Shown here: positions 58,701-64,000 of the stretch, in pieces | Layout of the letters: every line of letters begins with the position of its first letter | Numbering within the stretch: the stretch's first letter is position 1 | DNA from: Tubiluchus corallicola | Lineage: Eukaryota > Animalia > Priapulida | Assembly (NCBI GenBank): GCA_030141605.1 | Contig: JAQGDQ010000618.1 | Coordinates: 1-64,000 of the forward strand | DNA: 64,000 nt | Reading direction: 5' to 3' | Made by a program: the position numbers and the translations under genes | The notes under the pieces: generated by a model | The model's database searches: none | Told to the model about the DNA's origin: nothing | The model's input: the letters and a program-made list of their open reading frames with translations, nothing else

Positions 58701-60674
58701 CGACGAAGGACGTGACGGTACGCATAAGAAACTGACTAAGACACTACTACTGGTTCAGTAACTCATCATAAAAAGGGATATCCTTAATGATGATTTAATG
58801 TAGCAGTGTACATTCAAAAGCGACTAAGACACTACTACTGGTTCAGTAACTCATTCCAATGGAATATCCTTGATAACGACTCAAATTGTGATGGCACACT
58901 TAATACACTGTGTTGTGTAGCCTGCAGTGCGCTTCAAGTTTGATTCAGAAATTTAGGATAAACGTTATTTCCTGTGCAATATCATATCAGCCTTACCACT
59001 TCTGCAAGTGGAATGATATTATGTCCAGCGTGATCTCCAAAGATGCAGCAATGAGAACAGATCGCGCTCTGGTCGTCTTGGCAACAGAATTCTAGCGGTT
59101 TGTTTCCGTGTTTTTCGCAGACGTGCTGCACGGCGGAACACAATCTACAATCAACAGAGATTTTAGTGAATCAGAGAAGCCAAGTAGTTTGACAAAAACA
59201 GAAAGCAAAACACTTCGTCTACGGTGAAGCCTTCACATTCCTAGTTTGAAGTGAACCAAATCTATATTACTTAGCATTTCACTTACCTACTGGAAAGGCT
59301 TATGTAACTAGACTAATAGTTTAAAATGTTTTAACCAATTGGTAAAATGTCGCTGACTCACCCTCCAGGGTGCGCAACTCACTGACCAAAAAACGTATTT
59401 TTAATCTTTTTGCTAAGTTACAATAATTTAAAATTTTACTTAATTAGCAACATGGTTGCTACGAATGCTCAGATTATTTTTTCAAACTTTACTCAGTGTT
59501 ATCTAAACTTGTTTCAAACGACCTACCATTAAAATGGCTGCGCCTAACTGTCATCGCGGGAGTTTAAATTTACACGTTTTATACAGCGTTTCGGCCTATG
59601 CAAGCGATGCATACGAAAAGGTAGTAGGTAAGTGGTAAAAAATTGCAAAAAAAATAGAGGAGTAGCAGCCGAAACTCGACTCTCAAGTTCATCCTGATGA
59701 CTCCAAAAAGCTGTATTTGTTTTTATCTGCCTTACTCCTTTCATAACATATTCCTAGCAAAAAGTTGTAACTATACGTAAACGGGGTTTCTCTCTAAAAG
59801 TACAAAGTAATTTTATGATTGTGGTTGCACTCGTGTATAAATGAAAAAACCAAAAAGGGTTAAATGTTTCAACAACAACAATGTCAACTTTGGAAAGCAA
59901 AATCTAGTTCAGTGCGCCGAACGTAAACATGGATAATCTTTGTAAAAATAGAAAACTAACAATAAACATAAAAACAATCACCTCCTAAATGACTAAAGCC
60001 ATAATGTATAAACCTATTCCCATGACCTTCTCTTTCCAAAACTTTTATTTATCGCTATCCTATTCTTACCGACCTGCCTCACTTTTCCTTTTTCACATAT
60101 ATTATACAATCCCATATATGAGCTTCATTCATTACATCATTCCATTTTAAGTACTAATGGTTTTTTTTATCACGATTCACTTTAAATCTTCAGATTATTT
60201 CCATTACTTTTTTTCTATCACTGTGCCCTAACAAGCCCTGCTTTTTGATTGCCCGCAACACATTTACCTTCGTATATAAGTGAACAGTGTTTGAGGCTTT
60301 TCCTGTGCAGTATTTCTTATTTGTATTATGTTCATTGTAGGCCCTTACACTAGTTGTACGTGAAACTATTGTAAATGTGTAATGTGAAATAAATGACCTA
60401 TGACCTATTCTTTTCTCTCTAGTATAAACTACTTACACTAACAAATGCAGGTGCCACTTGCTGGTCGGCCGCTACTTTGCGATATACTTCAGTGCAACCT
60501 AAAGACATGTGCTCGCACCTAGCATAACCTCTTGGGTTATCGCATTTCTAGGACCAGTTTTTACATTGGTTTACATAAACAGAAAAAATAACGATCATTC
60601 ATTCATACGTACTCCTCTTCGCCTTCAAGAGGCATGGGCTGATGTTTCCTCAAAGACTTTGACATGTTGTGAAT
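2750..60674 (-). CDS. RNF17: RING finger protein 17 / TDRD4 (Qin/Kumo)-like B-box, coiled-coil and multi-Tudor protein; 25 exons in the window, 5' end outside it
   Basis: 25 exons with GT/GC-AG boundaries and consistent phases give 3294 nt of open frame. Domains are a B-box ([33 protein letters not shown]), a coiled coil and three extended Tudor domains (WYRA/WYRG plus DYG/DFG motifs). Domain order matches RNF17/Qin. Confidence 0.85.
3591..3806 (-). CDS. RNF17: RNF17-like exon, Tudor 3 ([10 protein letters not shown]...WSQTAIDYF)
   Basis: ttag|GTG ... ATG|gtaatt; 216 nt, phase 0/0. Confidence 0.88.
3809..4290. mobile_element. Degenerate TTAA-type (Kolobok-like) MITE related to family A
   Basis: 3825-4210 is homologous to 60825-61215 (ggtacttgaagtaggttt...; aatggcgccattacatga...). 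Ends cct|ttaa. Confidence 0.6.
4420..4720. mobile_element. Degenerate fragment of the CAGGGATGAGAAT MITE family
   Basis: Shares ctcctatgcaaa...tgactcaaataactcc and aacactgatgta...gtaaac with 24239-24723 and 62460-62943. Confidence 0.55.
4908..5052 (-). CDS. RNF17: RNF17-like exon, Tudor 3 ([14 protein letters not shown])
   Basis: tgcag|A ... CTG|gtaaga; phase 2/0. Confidence 0.88.
5105..5580. repeat. GA-rich low-complexity tract
   Basis: (GA)n/purine-rich degenerate simple sequence. Confidence 0.9.
5734..5912 (-). CDS. RNF17: RNF17-like exon, start of Tudor 3 ([15 protein letters not shown])
   Basis: ttgcag|AAG ... CA|gtgagt; phase 0/2. Confidence 0.85.
6126..6698. repeat. 41-bp minisatellite, about 14 copies
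   Basis: Unit atagacaaaccaatcgcaacacgacacattttaagactgta. Confidence 0.96.
6920..7215. repeat. 75-bp tandem repeat, about 4 copies
   Basis: accgtccataagt recurs at 7021, 7096 and 7171. Confidence 0.9.
8222..8362 (-). CDS. RNF17: RNF17-like linker exon
   Basis: gtag|GCA ... AAG|gtggga; 141 nt open, phase 0/0. Confidence 0.75.
8493..8658 (-). CDS. RNF17: RNF17-like linker exon
   Basis: ttttcag|C ... CAG|gtgtgg; phase 2/0, open. Confidence 0.75.
8700..9770. repeat. 79-bp dimeric minisatellite decaying into ~40-bp monomers
   Basis: Unit gtagtatgttcagtttgtttctgcaccaaaacctgcactatcagttgaaagttcactttgacctaaaaatacactgttg. Confidence 0.92.
10080..10252 (-). CDS. RNF17: RNF17-like exon, end of Tudor 2 ([11 protein letters not shown])
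   Basis: ttttcag|GCT ... GG|gtgtgt; phase 0/2. Confidence 0.82.
10700..11275 (+). mobile_element. Helitron-like non-autonomous element, 3' portion
   Basis: 10700-10960 is homologous to 58190-58447. Ends gcggggcctttgCTAG|t, a Helitron-type CTAG terminus. Confidence 0.5.
11595..12507. repeat. 57-bp minisatellite, about 16 copies with alternating variants
   Basis: Unit aaaaagtcgctccacctgcgaaccgataaatgacaagagcgcaaaagtaaacaggtg. Confidence 0.96.
12643..12878 (-). CDS. RNF17: RNF17-like exon, Tudor 2 core ([16 protein letters not shown]...[10 protein letters not shown])
   Basis: tctcag|GT ... AAG|gtaagc; carries the canonical Tudor aromatic-cage motifs. Confidence 0.92.
12884..13165. repeat. 143-bp tandem duplication next to a splice acceptor
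   Basis: acaacaagtactcatagtaaagcaagaaaatc starts at both 12884 and 13027. Confidence 0.9.
14441..14543 (-). CDS. RNF17: RNF17-like exon, Tudor 2
   Basis: tccag|ATT ... G|gtagat; phase 0/1; translates [19 protein letters not shown]. Confidence 0.82.
15512..15627 (-). CDS. RNF17: RNF17-like exon, start of Tudor 2 ([16 protein letters not shown])
   Basis: tacag|CC ... CAG|gttagt; phase 1/0. Confidence 0.82.
15783..16606. repeat. 20-bp minisatellite, about 41 copies
   Basis: Unit tactaaaagtatgcatctaa, with 19-bp variants. Confidence 0.96.
17156..17336 (-). CDS. RNF17: RNF17-like exon, end of Tudor 1 ([14 protein letters not shown])
   Basis: ctcag|ATC ... A|gtgaaa; [10 protein letters not shown] resembles the RNF17 motif recalled as SLRDALVFME. 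Confidence 0.85.
17437..17520 (+). ncRNA. Twister ribozyme-like sequence (3' cleavage product, probably inactive)
   Basis: t|AAC-ttaGCC-[P3 insert]-GCCGGTCCCAAGCaCGGATAAA-tagg-GAGGG matches the twister consensus U|AAC-P2-GCC...GCCGGUCCCAAGCCCGGAUAAA-P2'-GAGGG. Confidence 0.78.
17438..17942 (+). mobile_element. Internally deleted (bipartite) RTE-clade non-LTR retroelement with a (GAA)n tail and 15-bp TSD
   Basis: TSD aaacttaattatggt at 17423-17437 and 17943-17957. An RTE-type 5' UTR (ggaagggcatccg..gtaaaaactg.gccaaa) is joined to the RT C-terminal peptide [19 protein letters not shown]...[19 protein letters not shown], followed by a gaagaagaag tail. Confidence 0.9.
18074..18581. mobile_element. 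Tc1/mariner (pogo/Tigger-like) MITE
   Basis: TA|cagtcatacctctgtt ... aacggaggaatgactg|TA terminal inverted repeats; second copy at 56914-57408. Confidence 0.8.
18888..18959 (-). CDS. RNF17: RNF17-like exon ([16 protein letters not shown])
   Basis: tttcag|AAA ... ACC|gtgagt; 72 nt, phase 0/0. Confidence 0.82.
20619..20703 (-). CDS. RNF17: RNF17-like exon ([13 protein letters not shown])
   Basis: ttgcag|G ... AAT|gtatgt; phase 2/0. Confidence 0.82.
20912..21272. repeat. 30-bp minisatellite, 12 near-perfect copies
   Basis: Unit aaccataacatggtcattctaatctaacac. Confidence 0.97.
21405..22820. repeat. 56-bp minisatellite with 71-bp variants carrying an internal 15-bp duplication
   Basis: Unit gcactaaacacatgagcaacactgtaagtctgtgcatggcaataagagaaaccttt. 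Confidence 0.95.
23119..23296 (-). CDS. RNF17: RNF17-like exon, Tudor 1 core ([13 protein letters not shown]...[12 protein letters not shown])
   Basis: tttcag|AT ... AG|gtaagt; phase 1/2. Confidence 0.9.
24239..24723. mobile_element. MITE with CAGGGATGAGAAT terminal inverted repeats (hAT-like termini)
   Basis: cagggatgagaat ... attctcatccctg; close copy at 62460-62943. Confidence 0.8.
25240..25607 (+). mobile_element. tRNA-derived SINE with Meta-domain-like core and (ATT)n tail
   Basis: A box tagtctagtgg, B box agttcgaacc, core gggtcataccaaagactttaaaaat...ccctgcctggcgc, and a long (TTA)n tail. An inverted copy lies at 56660-56910. Confidence 0.8.
25654..25815 (-). CDS. RNF17: RNF17-like exon, start of Tudor 1 ([15 protein letters not shown])
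   Basis: cttcag|CT ... G|gtgcgt; phase 1/1. Confidence 0.87.
26596..26750. repeat. Degenerate (GT)n microsatellite
   Basis: Alternating purine-pyrimidine tract. Confidence 0.9.
27275..28045. repeat. 29-bp minisatellite built from two 14/15-bp sub-repeats, decaying rightwards
   Basis: Unit gagtgaagccatgtcagtgaagtcacatt. Confidence 0.93.
28143..28229 (-). CDS. RNF17: RNF17-like linker exon
   Basis: tttcag|AT ... T|gtgagt; 87 nt, phase 1/1. Confidence 0.72.
28720..28930. repeat. ~50-bp degenerate tandem repeat, about 4 copies
   Basis: tgtttgcctaacagca...attacaacatgg recurs. Confidence 0.8.
29340..30290. repeat. 41-bp minisatellite, about 23 copies
   Basis: Unit gagcatgcaagaaccaataacgaacaatcttgacaatacgc. 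Confidence 0.95.
30784..31153. repeat. 63-bp minisatellite, about 6 perfect copies, beside an exon donor
   Basis: Unit caactgcttgcacatctgcccttgcatagttcaagcaataggtgaaatcttagaccgagaaga. Confidence 0.97.
31166..31273 (-). CDS. RNF17: RNF17-like linker exon
   Basis: cttaag|AT ... G|gttgag; 108 nt, phase 1/1, open. Confidence 0.6.
32185..32880. repeat. Cryptic (AAC/GAC/AGC)n trinucleotide tract
   Basis: Low-complexity sequence giving poly-N/T/L/C ORFs in several frames. Confidence 0.92.
32909..33003 (-). CDS. RNF17: RNF17-like linker exon ([14 protein letters not shown]...)
   Basis: ttggcag|A ... G|gtaagt; phase 2/1. Confidence 0.75.
34145..34669. mobile_element. Kolobok-like MITE, family B
   Basis: TTAA|aagaatggacaag ... 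ttgcctttcct|TTAA. Confidence 0.75.
34870..35420. repeat. (CAT/CAC)n compound microsatellite
   Basis: Degenerate trinucleotide tract. Confidence 0.92.
35648..36185. mobile_element. Kolobok-like MITE, family B, inverted relative to 34145-34669
   Basis: TTAA|aggaaaggtcaag ... cttgtcctttcct|TTAA; 13-bp TIR with one mismatch. Confidence 0.82.
36350..37375. repeat. 31-bp minisatellite, about 33 copies, just downstream of the GPCR-1 stop
   Basis: Unit atggaaagtttggtacgtctcggctgtcgct. Confidence 0.96.
37417..38340 (-). CDS. Intronless class A (rhodopsin-like) GPCR, aminergic/histamine H2/trace-amine-like, paralog 1
   Basis: 307 aa with 7 hydrophobic helices; motifs GN (TM1), SLAVSD (TM2), [19 protein letters not shown] (TM6) and [11 protein letters not shown] (TM7). 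Confidence 0.93.
   Translation of the reverse strand: MSAFNVSNISVVADADDSLPTKQGLLVVIVLVTILAVAAVIGNTLILVMIFRTKRLHTRINAMVTSLAVSDWLLGALVVPLFIVVNVQERFDSFPTFHTFLLFESVMQDIGILHICLITTERYISVVHPFRYNDFITTRTLTLSLSAAWLLSLADGLARASLSYLSHRHSYTIQVYVETKSVVFFVGPFVQVLTMYGVIWKTAWKQARQIDAINHQANNVASNSLAAVKKLKATKTLGILTAIFLICWIPFFAYSLVLLACSWRCHMPDVFIFIVLLSYANSALNPVIHFTFSSEFRRSLRRLFHNQ
38765..40290. repeat. 74-bp CA-rich minisatellite, about 20 copies
   Basis: Unit atagaaggcatcgcacaactgtcaccacttactaccatccatgaaccatcatcatcatcaccttcaccaccacc. Confidence 0.95.
40560..41280. repeat. ~44-bp degenerate tandem repeat
   Basis: gagctccactttaccatccttt(t)gtaaagt recurs, clearest at 40980-41175. Confidence 0.8.
41530..42450 (-). 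CDS. Intronless class A aminergic-like GPCR, paralog 2 (tandem duplicate of paralog 1)
   Basis: Start inferred at MSALNFS by homology to paralog 1 (constant 4110-bp offset). Motifs ERY, CWIPFF and NSALNPLIH. Confidence 0.93.
   Translation of the reverse strand: MSALNFSNLSVVANTYNLETSKPSLLVVIISMIIVGAAAVLGNALVLITIFKTERLHTLTNAAVTSLAVSDWLLGALVIPLFITINVLDFLDRFPTFHIFLLSESVMQDIGILHICLMTTERYISIVHPFRYNDFITTRTLTLSLSAAWLLSLADGLARASLSYLSHRRSYTIQVYVETKCVLFFVGPFVQVLTMYGVIWKTAWKQARQIDAINHQANNVASNSLTAVKKLKATKTLGILTAIFLICWIPFFAYYLVLLACRWRCGFPDIFIFTLLLSYANSALNPLIHFTFSNEFRRSLKRLFHD
45840..46775 (+). CDS. Intronless class A aminergic-like GPCR, paralog 3
   Basis: N-terminus [10 protein letters not shown] is rich in N-glycosylation sequons; motifs [14 protein letters not shown]3.32, ERY, CWTPFF and NSAINPFIY. 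Confidence 0.93.
   Translation: MNNTVFDNSTSEDDTNNHTESVDNSTNLLLLGLAFGAVGICATVGNSLVLIAVYINQQLRQRTNVIITSLAVSDLLLGILVVPFAMAVNFLQLTFPAFGIMLGFDTWMQQVGVMHVWLIAAERYVSVLHPYKFDTFFNRKTLSVLLVTVWMVALGESVLNGYLYFKYTPYSITFGTYQALKGIFIFILPSVIVLVMYGRIWLAAVKQAQRIHNLSRQESNQNNQNVTFLKTVREVKATKRLGIVIAVFTLCWTPFFTYPLIRFTCKHGCYSRQVFIFTVWLSYANSAINPFIYAAFSSEFLKAFKQMLCCQ
47176..47725. repeat. ~142-bp tandem repeat, about 4 copies
   Basis: aaagatttccgctattcaataa and aaaacagat.aaggagctgag each recur four times. Confidence 0.92.
48153..49680. repeat. 41-bp minisatellite, about 37 copies
   Basis: Unit taaagagcgactaagtaaatgactaacacgtcttttgctgc. Confidence 0.97.
49968..50039 (-). CDS. RNF17: RNF17-like exon ([14 protein letters not shown])
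   Basis: tttaag|G ... AC|gtaagt; phase 2/2. Confidence 0.72.
50131..50815. mobile_element. Kolobok-like MITE, family A, inverted relative to 60813-61482
   Basis: TTAA|agcacaggagaa...; reverse-complement homology along its length to 60813-61482. Confidence 0.75.
51229..51764 (+). mobile_element. 5S rRNA-derived SINE (SINE3-type) with RTE-like body and tail, and a 10-bp TSD
   Basis: Head gactacggccatatcacgttgaaaacaccggttctcgtctgatcaccgaagttaagc... is 5S rRNA. TSD agtttgctat at 51219-51228 and 51765-51774. Tail ccattgtcttccgagacagaaggaagtcaaca. Confidence 0.88.
52127..52250 (-). CDS. RNF17: RNF17-like exon, end of coiled coil ([15 protein letters not shown])
   Basis: tctgcag|AT ... AG|gtaaag; phase 1/2. 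Confidence 0.8.
52335..53065. repeat. 41-bp minisatellite with 82-bp higher-order alternation
   Basis: cccagtgatccccacggtccctcattcattgaaagccagtt alternates with cccagtgatccctgcggtccctcattcatcgaaggccagtt. Confidence 0.96.
53080..54850. repeat. 30/31-bp minisatellite, about 55 copies, with a 401-bp higher-order duplication
   Basis: Unit gactcacctcccctgtgtgcaatgcaccact. ORFs 53611..53937 and 54012..54338 are identical (offset 401). Confidence 0.96.
55069..55117 (-). CDS. RNF17: RNF17-like short coiled-coil exon ([16 protein letters not shown])
   Basis: ttttacag|AGA ... G|gtaaat; phase 0/1 bridges the two neighbouring exons. Confidence 0.75.
55583..56057 (-). mobile_element. Second copy of the 5S-headed SINE, inverted and truncated at both ends
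   Basis: The reverse complement reads ttgaaaacaccggttctcgtctgatcacc...ggtgctgtagacttgcgggatgcccacactgtatctcgacactaggcgg..., collinear with 51247-51703. Confidence 0.88.
56106..56273 (-). CDS. RNF17: RNF17-like coiled-coil (BBC) exon ([23 protein letters not shown])
   Basis: ttgcag|TTA ... TTG|gtaggt; 168 nt, phase 0/0. Confidence 0.85.
56660..56910 (-). mobile_element. Degenerate copy of the tRNA/Meta-like SINE
   Basis: tctttatttaaagtcggctttt and attattaccccacttttacccta are reverse complements of parts of 25368-25490. Confidence 0.72.
56914..57408. mobile_element. pogo/Tigger-like MITE, second copy
   Basis: Collinear with 18074-18581; ends acggaggtatgactg. Confidence 0.78.
57538..57618 (-). 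CDS. RNF17: RNF17-like exon with a GC donor
   Basis: tttacag|AAC ... AAG|gcaagt; 81 nt, phase 0/0. Confidence 0.75.
58052..58447 (+). mobile_element. Helitron-like non-autonomous element, 5' portion
   Basis: Begins tatatatatataaaattc. Its right part is homologous to 10700-10960. Confidence 0.5.
58997..59144 (-). CDS. RNF17: RNF17-like B-box 2 exon
   Basis: tgtag|A ... GTG|gtaagg; C-x2-H-x7-C-x2-D-x4-C-x2-C-x5-H-x2-H pattern. Confidence 0.9.
59275..59640. mobile_element. Partial copy of Kolobok-like MITE family A
   Basis: Near-identical blocks to 61075-61430. Confidence 0.75.
60613..60674 (-). CDS. RNF17: RNF17-like exon, end of B-box 1 ([16 protein letters not shown])
   Basis: ttccag|ATT ... 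GA|gtacgt; H-x8-H tail typical of B-box type 1. Confidence 0.75.
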
Positions 60675-60812
60675 CTGGAACAAGTAATAAGAGAGATACA
60701 AAATTAATATGAGAATTATTAACAGAACCATAAGCACTGTAATCAAATACTTTAACACATAATAAATGACTAGGTCATAATTAAAAAAACTGTCTGTTAG
60801 GTACTGCATTAA

Positions 60813-61482
60813 AGGACAAGAAAAGGGGTACCTGAAGTAGGTTTCAGAAAAATCGCCTTAAAAAATCATACTACTTTACAGCAATTTTATGCATATATCG
60901 TATTCGCGTTGAAAGGAATTTTTGTTTGTTTTCATTTTAAATCTCCCGCAATTCTGGTCCAATGGCGCCATTACATGACGCCACTACTCCAGGTAAATAA
61001 GGGAAAAAAAGGAAATGTTAAATTATGACACAAAACTCTTTCCGTGCAAATCTATATTACTTGGTTTATCGCGTACCTACTGGAAAGACTTATGTAACTA
61101 GACTAATAGTTTAAAATGTTTGTGCCAATTGGTAAAATGTCGTTGACTCACCCTCCAGGGTACACCACTCACTGACCAAAAAACGTATTTTTAATCACAT
61201 TGACAAGATGCAGTAATTTAAAATTTTACTTAATTAGCAACATGTATGCTACGAATGCACTGATTATTTTTTCAAACTTTACTTAATGGTATCAAAACTT
61301 GTTTCAAACGACCTAGCATTAAAATGGCTGCGCCTAACTGTCATCGCGGGAGTTTAGATTTACACGTTTTATACAGCGTTGCTGCCGACACAAGCCTTGC
61401 ATCGAAAAGTTAGTATGTAAGTGGTATAAAATTTCGAGACGAATTTTTTAAGATTTATGTAAGTGGAGGGTTTTCTTGTGCT
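60813..61482. mobile_element. Kolobok-like MITE, family A, full length
   Basis: TTAA|aggacaagaaaa ... ttttcttgtgct|TTAA. Confidence 0.82.
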
Positions 61483-61623
61483 TTAAAGAAAATTGAGATC
61501 GGCTTATAATCGTTGTCCTGCTTATCAAAATGTCGGCAAAACTACCAACTTTCTGATGATTGCAAATGAAATAGCCCAGAAATATAGAATGTCGAATAAC
61601 AAAGTTTAGTATGCATACTATGA

Positions 61624-62101
61624 CAGGGTTTCCACAGAATTTTAAAGTAAATTTTCCATGACTTTTCCCTGACCAAATATTGATTTTCCGTGATCAAGAT
61701 CAGCAGAAACTGCATTACCAGTATATATATTCAAACATTTTTGTGTATGGACATCCACACATATATTGATACATAATGTGTCGGCACAGTTGCAGTAGTG
61801 CTAACCAAATTACACTAATCACATTAAATAAACTTTCTTAATCCAATCACAATTTTTGGAAGAGAAATCGAAACTAGGAGCCTGCCATAGTAAAATTTTA
61901 TTTGAACACAAATCGCTAAAAAATATGTTTGGAAAAAAATATCGGTTCGCTGTGATTATTTTTGCAACTCTTTCCAATTCCTCCAACTTTTCGCCAGCAT
62001 TTTTCTTAACTTTTTACAAAATTATCTTTTTCCCTAACTCTTCCATGACTTTCCGTGATAGCCTATATTTTCAAGGATTTTCCCTGACCGTGGGAGCCCT
62101 G
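61624..62101. mobile_element. MITE with CAGGG termini
   Basis: Imperfect TIR cagggtttccac ... gtgggagccctg, with internal ttttccctgacc/ttccatgact sub-terminal repeats. Confidence 0.6.
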
Positions 62102-62459
62102 TGTAACCAACTACCATAATCGAAAAAATAAAAAAATCTTGTATCACTCCCTTCAGTGAACAAACACAATCACTGCCGTGATTTCAAGCAAACTGACTGT
62201 AATACATCTTCGGCTTTTCACTTTGAAAGCTCTCAAAGTGATAAACTAGCTAAGAATGTACAAAATAACACCCAAAATGTTACTACTTTTGTTTTTGTGC
62301 AAAGATTATATTACAATTCATGCAGTTTCATTGAAGACAAAAACAGTGTCATTATATATCACTCAGCACATCTACTGCAGACACAATAACCACTCAGTGA
62401 GTTACTGTACTGACACACTAACTAGAATAACACATTACCATACACATAACACACACAAC

Positions 62460-62943
62460 CAGGGATGAGAATGACAAATTGCAAAAAACTCTGAAACAGG
62501 CCGGGGGTTTTGGGGCCGCAATGGGGTTGAAATTGCAATTTTGTGACCATAAAGAGCCTCTAAGTGGACTTAAAATATCAGTTACCTTGTTTTATGCATA
62601 ATTTAAAATACCCAACTATCAAGGATACATGATACCTAATTGTCTCAAAAACGTCTAAGTACAAGGCCGCTCCTATGCAAAAGTATATAAAAACTGTCTG
62701 CAATTGACTCAAATAACTCCACACAATTGATTCTATATTTTTATACATAGAGATATACACGTGGTTACACTGATGTACGTGATGTAAACAATGTGATGGC
62801 CTGCCAACTAGCAGCCAGCTTATGGAATTATATACTGGGTCCGTAAAAATTTTCTCAACGAATTTACGCAATTTACAAAAATGACACTGCTGGTCTTCCA
62901 AAAACTGGGAATTCCGCGTATCTGCAGAAAATTCTCATCCCTT
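62460..62943. mobile_element. CAGGGATGAGAAT MITE, second full copy
   Basis: Collinear with 24239-24723. Confidence 0.8.
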
Positions 62944-63345
62944 CACAACAACATACACAAATATGTTACATGTCACAAGACTGTTCACAGAATGATATTT
63001 AAGTACTCTACAGCAGTTACAGGCAAAAAAATTGGGCAATAAAACATTAGAAAGAAATACAAGATTATTTCCTCTATCAGACGACTTTCCTTTGGACGTG
63101 ATAAACTAAGAAATCTTGAATGAGGAGAAATTCTTAGCTGACTGGTCACGGCATTATTAGAAACGGAACTGAGGCCGATTAGGGGTTTATTCACCGTACA
63201 GATTCCGGTAACAGACATCGGACACGAAGGATTTATGAATGTATCCAAACATGGCTAAGACACCCCCGGTTAGTCCAGTAGCTCACCTTAGAAACACAGC
63301 CTTGAAACTATGTGCTAGTCTTGCCACATCCATCCATATTAAAAA

Positions 63346-63960
63346 CAGGGATGCTACCGAAACTGAATTTACAAACCGAAAACGAAATCGAAAATTACGA
63401 AACGTAAGAAACCAATACCAAAACGAAACCGAACCGAAACATTTTTGCAAAACCAACTACTATTACAACTGAAAAAAGAAAATTCTAAAATATGTAAAAT
63501 ATTTTGTTTTGTTTGTCTGCTTTTATTTGCTGTGATTTATTATTTGTAGATATCATGTTGCCTACATTTCATAAATTATAAAATTAAACGCGATTTTGCC
63601 GGAGCAAACTCAAATGTGGTTCGACATCTCGACTGATTGGGCCTGGAGACCCTAAAACCTCACAGTTGTCAGCACTGAAGATATGCCACATTGCCGGTAA
63701 AAGCATTACACAAACTGTTATGTAAACAAAATTTTCGCTTTATTTGAAATAATTTAGCCAAGATTTTTCAGCAATTTTTGACATTTACGAGAAAGGAAAA
63801 GGTAAATTGGATAAATGCTAATAAAGCCCCAGAAAAGTGCTACGGAAAATTATCCTAAATTCCACTACGAAATTTAATAAATTTCGCCGAAACCGAAACT
63901 TAACCGAAAGTGCAATTATCGGCAAACTGAAATGAAAAATTCGTTTCGGTAACATTCCAG
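63346..63960. mobile_element. MITE with CAGGGATG..ACCGAAAC termini and sub-terminal accgaa repeats
   Basis: Imperfect TIR cagggatgctaccgaaac ... gtttcggtaacattccag. Confidence 0.5.
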
Positions 63961-64000
63961 ACCGAAAAGCCCGCTCACTGAACGATGGATTGCGGTTCGC

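Noticed and set aside
62985-63340. Candidate upstream RING/B-box 1 exons of the RNF17-like gene
   Set aside because: There is no Cys/His pattern and no clean, phase-compatible splice sites. The 5' exons probably lie beyond the window.

Overview
This is AT-rich animal (invertebrate) genomic DNA, not prokaryotic. The 5S-derived sequence resembles mollusc/lophotrochozoan 5S rRNA (inference). One large spliced gene on the minus strand spans most of the window. I traced 25 phase-consistent exons from 60674 to 2750 (about 1,100 codons). They encode B-box zinc fingers, a coiled coil and three extended Tudor domains, matching an RNF17/TDRD4 (Qin/Kumo)-type piRNA-pathway protein whose 5' end lies beyond the window. 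A 17-kb intron of this gene holds three intronless class A aminergic-like GPCR genes. The left end has two plus-strand FANCI exons with a phase mismatch and no visible C-terminal exons. Introns contain many locus-specific minisatellites, TTAA-flanked (Kolobok-like) MITEs, pogo- and hAT-like MITEs, Helitron-like pieces and tRNA-SINEs. The most notable items are an RTE-derived retroelement whose 5' end falls exactly at a twister-ribozyme cleavage site, a 5S rRNA-headed RTE-related SINE present as an inverted pair around two exons, and an intronic array of about 55 consensus splice donors. Almost all long ORFs in the supplied track, apart from FANCI and the GPCRs, are tandem-repeat artefacts.
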